NCBI RefSeq assembly: GCF_001194135.2
Contig: NC_068988.1
Span: 5,330,173 to 5,393,573 of the forward strand
DNA length: 63,401 nt
Direction of reading: 5' to 3'
From: Octopus bimaculoides
Taxonomy: Eukaryota
The translations under genes were made by a program, and so were the position numbers. Shown piece after piece: positions 12,775 through 23,300 of the stretch (positions within the stretch are counted from its first letter, which is position 1; each line of letters begins with the position of its first letter). The notes under the pieces are model-generated. The model had not been told where the DNA came from. It did no database searches and saw only the letters and a program-made list of their open reading frames with translations.

Positions 12775-13700
12775 CCATCATCGTTTAAATCTTAAGAAGG
12801 TCTTGCAGGCTTATAGAATCCCAGATATCGTGATCATTTGTAGTGTGTGAATTAAGGATTTAAGTTCTACCATACTTTGCTCCAGACGGGTACATATATA
12901 TCCTGTTGCTCCAATAATGATAGGTACTGGATTTACAAACTCGTTATCAATAGTTTATATATGCTCTCTTTCTCTTGTATTTTTCTAACCACATTTGTGT
13001 CCAGAGGGTAGCTGATTTCCACTACAGAATATATCTTTTCTTTGTGGTCCCACGCAACGATATCTGGCCGGTTGTGTTTTAATTTCGTGGCTATTTTAAT
13101 TTTCAAGTTCCACCAATATTCTTTTGACCCATCGGTCTTAATATGGTCAACTTCATCTGTAGGTTTTTGGGGTCTTTTTTTTTTTTTCGTTATCCTGTTC
13201 CAGACCGTTCTGGTCGCCATTATGGAGAAAATAATATTTGGAAGACCGACTGTCACAGTTGACGATAATGTGGTTGATATATTCAGTCTTGGTCTTGCAA
13301 AGCTTACATTTGTTGCCTGTCAACGTTTTCTGTCTTTTATTCTGTAGGTACTTGGTGAGAATCTCTTGTTCTTGGATTGTTGATGTAGACATCTATGGCT
13401 TCTCAGTGAACTGGTCCATTTTCTCATTCTGTTGTTCTGATAAATAGATTTTACCAATGCTCCTTGGGGAGAGATTTGTATCATCTCTTATTTCATACAT
13501 CTCCTCAAGTTCAATAGCTATCCTAATTACGTTGTTGGTTTCGTGGACACAAACTTGGACAAGATACTTACTGGTCTCATACCTCTGCTGTAGATGTTGT
13601 CTCGAATCACAATCCGTGCCTCATATGACATCAATACAAACTTAAGACTATGGCCACCATGCTTACGTTGGAAGTATAGCCTATCTACATCTCCATTGAT
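12775..13700 (-). mobile_element. R4/Dong-like fragment E (3' end including RLE endonuclease)
   Basis: DVDRLYFQRKHGG, CKLCKTKTEYINHIIVNC, KHNRPDIVAWDHKEKIYSVVEISYP (PD-(D/E)xK RLE fold), VPIIIGATGY and CKTFLRF. Confidence 0.88.
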
Positions 13701-13959
13701 GTACGTATGTATGTATGTATGTGTAGTTTAATGACGATCGCATCAGCAATTACTATGACTTCCTGTGAAATTAATATTTAAACACTTGTCAAACCGATAC
13801 ATTACAGATGAGTCGAACTGTCTGAAAAAAATAATAATAAATGCCTGCTACAGAAGTCTTGAAAGTGATGCCTTTCGAAGGAAAAATACACGTTTACGGG
13901 AAAGGAAAATATTCTCTTCTACTCTAGGCACAAGGCCCGAAATTTGGGGGGAGGGGCCA

Positions 13960-14070
13960 GTCGATTAGATCGACCCAGTCCGCAACTGGTACTTAATTTA
14001 TCGATCCCGAAAGGACGAAAGGCAAAGTCGACCTCGGCGGAATTTGAACTCAGAACATAAAGACAGACGA
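13960..14070 (-). mobile_element. MetaSINE-like copy
   Basis: Reverse complement of ttctgagttcaaattccgccgaggtcgactttgcctttcgtcctttcgggatcgataaattaagtaccagtt; same family as 630-1120 and 49376. Confidence 0.8.
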
Positions 14071-15338
14071 GCAAAAGGAAAATATTGTCATTATTCGATA
14101 GTTAAGACTTGCAATTATAAAGACAAGGGAAGTAACTCTTGAATTATTTATCATGAGTTAGTTCCCCTATGCAACAAATCGTTATGAACGCTTCTACTCT
14201 CTTTTTTTTGTACTTGTTTCAGTCATTTGACTGTGGCCATGCTGGAGCACCAACCATTTATGAGCAACCAACCATTTATGAGGGAGAGGGTAACGAGTTT
14301 GGCCCCAACTTCATAAGGTGCCTACTTGATGTGTATAAATATATTCATCTTACAAGAAACTACGAGTTACAACAATCGTCAATAAACTATTTCGTAAGCT
14401 ATATTTAGGGTTGACAGGAGTTCTTCCTATGAAGATTTCTCCTGCTGTCCGCTCTCCCTGTAGCAAGGTTCCACTTACAAGACGTTAATTGAGGGATAGA
14501 CTCTCAGAGATAATTGAAGAATTATTTCCTTTCTTAAGGAAAATGTCAAAGAAATAATTGTTTGATTTTTTTTTCCTTTTTATTTTAACATCAGAATTTT
14601 CTTACCTTGAAATAAAAACGTTATTTTCCTATGATATTTAATTCTAAGCTGTGTGTATTAATTGGTAATGGAAGCTTAGTATACTCAGCGTATGATAATA
14701 TAGTTTGGAACCACGCAGACGTCAGTTTAGCCATTCATTGAGATCACAACAAGCCTTGCTGCTTGATTATGAGGAGGTAAGATCTCTCACTTTGTACCTG
14801 GAATTTTGTAGGATAACATTATTACAACACACCATCATGGCATTACCAACTAAAAGAAGAGAACATAAAGTAACGTTGAAGTTAGTACCTGTAAACTATT
14901 GAAGAACATAATTATTCCATTACTGCAAGACATATGGTGTGAAAGAGAAGGGGATTTGAGACTGGTGGGTACAGATACAGGCTGCAGTAGGTCCTTGTGC
15001 TAAGTGGAAGCAGGTACAGATACAGGCTGTGGCATGAATTATAATTCTCTTCAGTCCTATAAAGCAATCATGGGTATGCAACTGCTATGGAGTGTAGAAG
15101 CAGATAAGTTTGAGGAAGAAGGAGAAGTTTTTTTTCATTATTATTTAAGGCAACAATTAGTTTTCAGCAAATCAGGAGGAATCACACACATTGTGATAAT
15201 ATACACTTTTAAATTATCATCAGCATCAGTGTAGACATATATACATAAACACACATGCATACACATAAGTGCATGCATGAACCCACATAACTATGGACTC
15301 ATAAAGCATTTTATAGATTGTAACATTGCCATGTGCAA

Positions 15339-15369
<31 letters not shown>

Positions 15370-16906
15370 ATATATANNNNNNNNNNNNNNNNNNNNNNNN
15401 NNNNNNNNNNNNNNNNNNNNNNNNNNNNNNNNNNNNNNNNNNNNNNNNNNNNNNNNNNNNNNNNNNNNATATAAATCCCTGTCTGTTTTTTGTGCACTTA
15501 TAACTCAAGTATTGTTCATCTGATCATGGTGAAATTTATTTTAAACATGGATACATGAGAGAGCGGGGCGATCCATAACCTAAAAAGATTTTCAAAATTG
15601 TCAGTTTCTAAATGAGAATCATTTTTTTTGTAATCTTTTTGTCCTGTTTCTTCCACTATTCTGTTCATTAAGCAACATTCTAAACAATTCATTTCTACAT
15701 TTTCACATTTAAATGACAGATGTATGTAAATAAAGCTTGCTATTTGTAAATACAGTCTCATTTTGATTTGAATATTAGACCACGAACAACTATATTCATT
15801 TCTGCGTTTTCACACGTTTGTAAGTGGTTAAAAAAATTGATATCACTTTAACTTTAATGAACTGTAATCAACCACGTGAATTCGCAGTCAAATGTGTTCT
15901 TACGGCTGTTTTCCGTGCAATAAACTAGCTGACATGAAAAACTACTAGGAAAAGACAGTGAGCAAAAAAGTGAAAATAAAGCAAATAAATAACTGGTGAT
16001 TTCTCAATTTTCCAAAGATATTCTCAACAGAATTCAATTGAAAGTAGAAAAGACTAATCAATTGCGTAGAACATGTGAAAAATTTAGGGGTTACATCTAA
16101 AACCTTGCCTAACATTTCTCATCCAACTTTAAAAAATAAGCAGTATTGTTCAATTTTTGAGATAAAATTGATTTGCAAAGAACATGCCTTATGTTATTTT
16201 ATTGCACATTGTGTTATTTCACCCCTGAGTTTCAACTCTTTTTGTGTCAGTTTTTGAGAGAAGAGAGACTTTCCTAAGCATTTTGCACCTTTATTGAATA
16301 GCAGTTTCTGTTTGCTTGTCCATCGGGTGATTAAAACTGTCATTTATATTTTTATTAGAAACTAATATTACTTATCCCGTTGTTCTTACCACTATGCCAG
16401 TGAAAATCAAAATAAAATGCGTAAAGCAAGTCGTCAAATGCAAAAGTCCAAGAACTGCTTATTACTTAAATATCACTTGTAATATTCACTTTGAAGATAA
16501 AACAGCGTTCAGTCTGACATATAGGTGTTAACATGAGGTATGTACTATGGAAGAGTACATTGTGCTTATCCTAATGTGAAAATGTTTGAGTGGGAAAGGT
16601 TTAAGGTTAATTATGATGTCCAATTCCACTGGAAGTTGTATATATTGTGTGCCGAACAGCTTTCCTTTGTTTTATTGGCCTTATGACAATTTTGAAAAGG
16701 TTCACTGTGTTAAGATTCACTATCAATCAATTTTCCTTATTTAGAAGAAAGAGTCAACAGTTTTAACGTCTCAGGGATCTTTAATGCCCTAACCAAAAGT
16801 AACAACCCCATACAATCATCAAACATCTCAACTGAACACCATACAAGTTAACCCCCTTCACCACCTTTACAAACAGTGCAATGGACGGGGAAGGGGCATT
16901 TGCTAG

Positions 16907-16939
<33 letters not shown>

Positions 16940-17605
16940 NNNNNNNNNNNNNNNNNNNNNNNNNNNNNNNNNNNNNNNNNNNNNNNNNNNNNNNNNNNNN
17001 NNNNNNNNNNNNNNNNNNNNNNNNNNNNNNNNNNNNNNNNNNNNNNNNNNNNNNNNNNNNNNNNNNNNNNNNNNNNNNNNNNNNNNNNNNNNNNNNNNNN
17101 NNNNNNNNNNNNNNNNNNNNNNNNNNNNNNNNNNNNNNNNNNNNNNNNNNNNNNNNNNNNNNNNNNNNNNNNNNNNNNNNNNNNNNNNNNNNNNNNNNNN
17201 NNNNNNNNNNNNNNNNNNNNNNNNNNNNNNNNNNNNNNNNNNNNNNNNNNNNNNNNNNNNNNNNNNNNNNNNNNNNNNNNNNNNNNNNNNNNNNNNNNNN
17301 NNNNNNNNNNNNNNNNNNNNNNNNNNNNNNNNNNNNNNNNNNNNNNNNNNNNNNNNNNNNNNNNNNNNNNNNNNNNNNNNNNNNNNNNNNNNNNNNNNNN
17401 NNNNNNNNNNNNNNNNNNNNNNNNNNNNNNNNNNNNNNNNNNNNNNNNNNNNNNNNNNNNNNNNNNNNNNNNNNNNNNNNNNNNNNNNNNNNNNNNNNNN
17501 NNNNNNNNNNNNNNNNNNNNNNNNNNNNNNNNNNNNNNNNNNNNNNNNNNNNNNNNNNNNNNNNNNNNNNNNNNNNNNNNNNNNNNNNNNNNNNNNNNNN
17601 NNNNN

Positions 17606-17647
<42 letters not shown>

Positions 17648-18769
17648 TTAGAGGTTAGACAATCATCTAAGGGGTAATAAATATTCAGTATACTACTGGG
17701 TGTATATATATCCAAATGCTTACTGTTGTAAGGTAATAGTGCAATTGAATAATAGGTATGAGTGAGGGTAAAACAGAAATTTACCCAGAATTTATAAAGC
17801 AAGGAAGAAAATGGAGAAGACAATAAGTTGGCAACTAATTTTCTCAACTAATTATCTTCTCCATGTTCTTCCTTGCCTTATATACACACACACACACACA
17901 AACACACACATATAAGCACATATACACAAACATATACTTACATGCATGAACATATGCCCATAGTTTTCCTATGCACATGCTCATATGTGAGCAGATATAA
18001 GGAAACATACACAAGCAGCAATATGTGCATATGTTTTTGAACCTCCTTCATAAAGGTGGCATGAGGGGTGGGTGCTATATTTATCTATAGAAAGATTGAC
18101 ATGCCATTCAGGAAAGGAGAGTCTGTCTGAAAAGGAGACGACAGCTGTGGGGACAGGTGTTTCTGTTCAAAAGGATTCATCATTGCCCTACCTTCTTCAG
18201 CAGAACAAGATACATTAGACATATACAAAAAAAAAAAAAGAAAAGAGTAGAACATATTTATAGCCAAGGTAATTTACATATCTTCAGACATAGGGTCTCA
18301 CAGAGGGGACGACAGGGGACTGAGACTCCTGGTAGTTTGCTGTGCTTAAGACACATCAAGGTAAGTAAAAACATGGTTGTCCTAGCATACAGACATGTCA
18401 CCTGCATCCCTTTCCTGATGAGCATTTCTGATCTTGCAGGCTAGTGGGTGCTGTTGTCGCATAAAAAGCACCCATACTGGTGCTATGTGCTGCATAAAAG
18501 CACCTGGTACACTCTGTAAAGTGGTCGGCATTAGGAAGGGCATTCAGCTGTAGAAACCATGTCAAAATAGACAAGGAACTTGGGAAGCTCTTCAGCTGGC
18601 TGGCTCCTGTCAAACCATCCAACCCATGCCAGCATGGAAAACAAATGTTAAATGATGACGATGAGGATGATAACTGAATGTCATCAGTGGTATGTAAGTA
18701 AAGTGAAAATAATTTGGACAAATCATGAATTTACCATTTTAATTTAGACACAAGCCAAGTAGTTTTGAA

Positions 18770-19185
18770 AGGAGAGGGTCAGTCACCCATAGACCCCAGT
18801 ACTTCTCTGGTACTTGGTTCTATCAACACCACAGGCAAGAAAGGTAAAGTTAACCTCAGGGAGATTTGAACTCAAAACATGAAGAGCCAGAAGAAATTCC
18901 ACAAGGTTATTTTTTTGTCCAACATTCTAACAATTCCTACCCAACCACCACCACCACCACCCCTAATAATAATAGTTTCTAATTTAAGCATGAGGCTAGC
19001 AAATTTGAGGGGATGGGGGGTAGTCAATATCATGAATTTCAGAACTTGACTGGTACTTTATTTTGTTGACTCCAAAGAAATGAAAGGTAAATTTAGCTGC
19101 AGTAGGCTTTGAACTCAGAAAACAAACAGCTGGAAGAGATTTCGGAGGTATTTTGTCCGATGCTGTAAGGTTCTGTGTATCCATC
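18770..19185 (-). mobile_element. Two tandem decayed MetaSINE-like copies
   Basis: Each has tggtact..ttt..tttgaactca(g/a)aa..ttttgtcc. They are separated by (CCA)n and a short (AAT)n. Confidence 0.65.
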
Positions 19186-19379
19186 ACCCTAATAACAATT
19201 ATAATAAATTAATAAATAATGAAAAGTTTCGGGGAATATTGAGGACAAAAACTGTAAAAAAATTTTTTTTTTTTAATGATTCTTCGAAAAAAAATTTTTT
19301 TTCCGGATTGTAATGTATCTAAGAAAAAAAAACTTTCGAAAAAAAAAAATCAAAACTGAAAATTACAAAACACGACTAA

Positions 19380-20278
19380 TATCGCTGTGCATTAGGATCG
19401 AACCAGAGATCCGATGGCGAAGAGAACAATTCTATACGTGCTTAAAATATTGAGTGAATGTGGAATCGGATAAAGATTTTATACCGACAAATACGAGGAA
19501 CAAGTGATGCTTTGATCGAGAGTTATTAAATATTTTGATATGTTTTTCAATTATGATTTAAAAACTTGTATTATTAAATTTAAAAACTTGTATCATTAAT
19601 TTTTTTTTCATCGTAAAAATATTTTTGAAACTTCACTTTTTTTAACGTAAACTTGACCAGAAGCTATAAAACTCTGGTGTTTATTCGACACGGACCAGCG
19701 TTATTTATTAAACATCAATAATTTCCAGTGTAGTTTTTTGTCTCCAGAAACTATTAAAAGGCGGCCGCCATTAAATTTCAACAAGTTCCGCATAAAATGA
19801 CTTCCGTTATCGTTGACGGCGAATGACGAGACTTTAAAACAACGAAATGACACTTTCTTTCGACAAACTATTTCTCTTGTTAACATCGCTTAACAACAGT
19901 CGGAGTCAAAATGTCAGCGACAAGGAAAAGAGTGGTAGTAGTTGAGTGAATCTTTATTATTGTCACTGCTGCTACTATCGCTCCGTCTGCGCCATTGATA
20001 GACAGAGAAGAAAGTGTCTAAGGACATTTTGGTGATTCGCTTTCCCATTTGTAGCCGTGTAACAGAGCACATCAATCATCTATCATGTAGATCATACAAC
20101 TTTAACCGTATTACATGTATGCCTGTTACAATAACACGCATATATGTAATATTATTTTACTTATGTAACGAATTATTGCTAATTTATGCAGAGTACATAA
20201 CACAAGTTTATAACATTAGAGTTTCGATCAGACAAGTATTTTTTTTTCCTGGCAGTGTAAGACTTCTTCAGTTCAATA
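19380..20278 (+). promoter_or_regulatory. INTS6 promoter / 5'UTR region, CpG-retaining
   Basis: CpG density is visibly higher than in INTS6 introns. It contains a YY1-like ggccgccattaa (19763-19774) and ttccg ETS-like cores, with poly(dA:dT) tracts upstream at ~19260-19350. The TSS cannot be determined. Confidence 0.6.
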
Positions 20279-20389
20279 ATGACGATAATATTGTTCCTTA
20301 TTGATACGAGTTCATCGATGAACCAACGCACCTACATTGGAACCAGTCTAATCGATGTAGCTAAGGCGGCTGTTGAAACATTTATGAAG
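20279..20389 (+). CDS. INTS6: INTS6 coding exon 1 (111 nt)
   Basis: ATG at 20279, MTIILFLIDTSSSMNQRTYIGTSLIDVAKAAVETFMK containing the DxSxS MIDAS motif; donor gtaaat at 20390. Confidence 0.96.
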
Positions 20390-23300
20390 GTAAATATATT
20401 AACTATACACATAATACTTTAATTTGAATTCTTTTCAAACTCAAGATCTCATCAAGATATTTTTATTCGTTGCACTTAAAACATTTTTATCGATAAAAAA
20501 AGAAAAATCAATTTTGTTTGTCTTTTTCTAAAGCGTCCAGAGACTAACATTGCATCGTAGAGTTCGTCCTTCTATCTTTTCTCTCTTTCCACCACGTTTA
20601 CTACTTTAAATTAATGTAACACGTCTTTCTTGCCATATATATATTTTTTGTATCATTATTAACGTGTAAAACCCTGTAATTTAGTTTTGTGGATATATAT
20701 TCTTTTTTATTACTTTAGATTCGTTCTCGAGATCCAGTGTGTAGATGGGACAGATATATGCTGTTAACTTTCGAGGAGCCACCAGCAAATGTTAAGGTAA
20801 ACAACACAGCTATCAAAAGAAATTCTAACGAAGCTGATGTTTAATTATCCATCCATATATGACGTGTCCATCTGTTTGCATCGTTTCCCTTAATTCTTCT
20901 GGTTTTGTTATTTAAAGGATTTCCTAATGTCTCCATTATTCTTACTTCTCTCTTTGCCGCCATATTAGTGTTTAAGGGAATTCTGGGTAAACCCTGCCCC
21001 CCCCCCCCGGTCATTCACTGCGTTTCTCCCTCGATTGAAGATTAAAGTTGATTGATTAAATAATGTTAGTTTATCAACAATCAATATTAATATTATTGTT
21101 TGATTAAACAACAATATTAATTTTTGTTGTTGGTTGTATTAAATTTGTGTTCGGGTTTATTAAAAATACTTTATTTCATAAAACCATGTTTACATATATT
21201 TTTAGACAATGCCTTTATTATATGACAACTACACTTTGGTGTGTGTCCCACCCATGACTTTGTTTCCGCATAACTTTCCGAAAAATTTGATTAATTCTTC
21301 ACGAAATTTTACAGGAATACATTTTTTCGCGAATGTAGATCATAGTTATGTCGACAACCTTAAACAATTTTTTTTGAAGAACTTTCTGATCACTGTTCTA
21401 AAACCTCCGACTTGATTTCTTTCACAACTCTCTTTAAAATGTTTAGTTTTAAAAGACAAATACGTTACATAATGTTGAAACATAAATCCAGGAAGAAAAA
21501 GATGGAAAACTGGTGACAGTTGTGGCATGGAAAGAGAGGGTGCAGAACGGGCTGAAACTCTTCTAAAAAAATTTATTTTACTGACATAATAGTAATCTAC
21601 ACTCTCGAAAATGAATCTTGACAGTATTTCATTCGGATATGTGAATTTTTCAAAAAGTAGTAAGGAATTAAGATCAGTGGGACACTAAACTGAAGTTATG
21701 TCAGAAGTTGGTTGTCTGCTTTCAAAACACCTGATGAAGTTTGATTTCAGTTTGTTAGTTGAATAGCAGATGTGTATGCATTCGAACACAGCAAGTAGAT
21801 TAGATACATTTATATCGATATATATATACAGATAGATAGGGTGATAAATTGAATATTAATTCAATTTAAAACCAAGTGGCCTAGCATATAAAAAAATCTG
21901 AAGATTCAGAAAAAATTGTATTGGATGTCCACCTAGTGGTCATCCCTTATACACGTGTGTGTGTGTATATATAGTAACATTTGACCACTCATTTCTCTTT
22001 ACATTAAGAGACTATATGAAGGTGAGAGAGAAAAATATTGCATAGACAATGTATATTTTGGAGTATATTTCTTCAAAACATTCAGCTCTTGCAGAATACC
22101 TAGACAAAATAATGAAATATGCATTCAGTAATAATGTATTATGATCTTTTGAGGAATAGCTCTTCCAAAATTCTGCCAATGAATAAAAGGCAAGATCCAC
22201 CCATATTAAACAATAGACACTTCTTTATACAGTTGTACTCATCCATATGCATCACATCTTCTTTACACTGCATCAGATTCCTCCTTTGCCTACCTTGTTT
22301 ATACTTTATCATTCATGCACACTTACATTGCACATCCAACAATGCATGCTAGCTTCATTTCTTTCTAGTCTTCTCAAATCCACTGCATTCAAGGCACATG
22401 TCCCCACTATCATGCAGCATTGCAGTAGTAACTCAAGCATTGTACAATTTGTCCTTCATTCTGAGGGAGATTTTTGTTGTCAGCAGAGATAGAAACTTTC
22501 TAAACTTAACCTGGTGTTTAAAACATAAATTAACATGAATTTTCATGGAAGTTTTTAATCACTTTAAATCTGGAAGCTTGTATCATGGCACCAAGGGCAT
22601 TCTCAGATGGTTTGGTATCAAAACAGTGAAAAGAACTGTCGCACTACCCTCTTCCTGAAACTATTAAATAAAAACTACATAAGAAATGTTATTCATCATC
22701 ATCACTGAACATCCGTGTTCCATGGGTTAGGGTTGGTACCACAAGAGCCAACCAGGCCAAAGCCTGCTGCAGACTTCTGTGACTGTTATGGCAGGATTTT
22801 TACAGCTGGATGTCCTTCCTAACACCAACCACTCAGCAAAGTGGACTTAGTGCTTTTTATGTGGCACAAGCCCAGGCGAGGTCGGTTTTGGCAAGGTTTT
22901 TACAGCTGGATGCCCTTCCAAATGCCAACCACTTTACAGTGTGGACTGGATGCTTTTAAGTGGCACCTGCACTGACAGGATCACCAAGTACATGCAAGAC
23001 AAAATATTTTAAGAGGGGAGGAAGTGATGATGAAAAGGTTATAGTGAGACAGATATAAGTGTCTTGCTGAAGAGGAAGTAAAAGGTTACTCTGCCGGAGA
23101 GAGAAAGATTAGGAATAAAGACAGAAACAGATGTGCTACTGCAAAGAAAATACGTGGTTGTATGCAAGAGAAGAAGAGAGAGAGAGTGGGAGACTGAAGG
23201 ATGGAGATGGGGGCAAAATGCCAGGCATGCTCACAAAGAATGGGGATCAGAGTAAAAATGAGATGGTTGAATAAAAGAAGAGAGAGAGATATAGATAGTG

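Noticed and set aside
15516-15761. 81-aa minus-strand ORF, a possible exon of a gene divergent from INTS6
   Set aside because: No recognisable homology, no convincing splice sites and no partner exons found.
3419-17847. Long ORFs of 170-390 aa in the ORF track (e.g. 3419-4298, 8253-9478, 16876-17847; also 48459-48914)
   Set aside because: They are artefacts of N gaps flanked by (TA)n or (TG)n microsatellites and translate to X, YI and CV/TH runs.
19381-19440. GGTTCGATCC B-box on the minus strand, possible tRNA
   Set aside because: No A-box, acceptor stem or proper T-stem pairing; at best a decayed SINE head.
21240-21690. Short inverted gtgtcccac/gtgggacac pair suggesting a DNA transposon remnant
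   Set aside because: Only 9 bp, with no TSD or family assignment that I could support.
20488-21820. Perfect DRE palindromes TATCGATA at 20488 and 21813
   Set aside because: Intronic, AT-rich 8-mers that are expected by chance in this composition.
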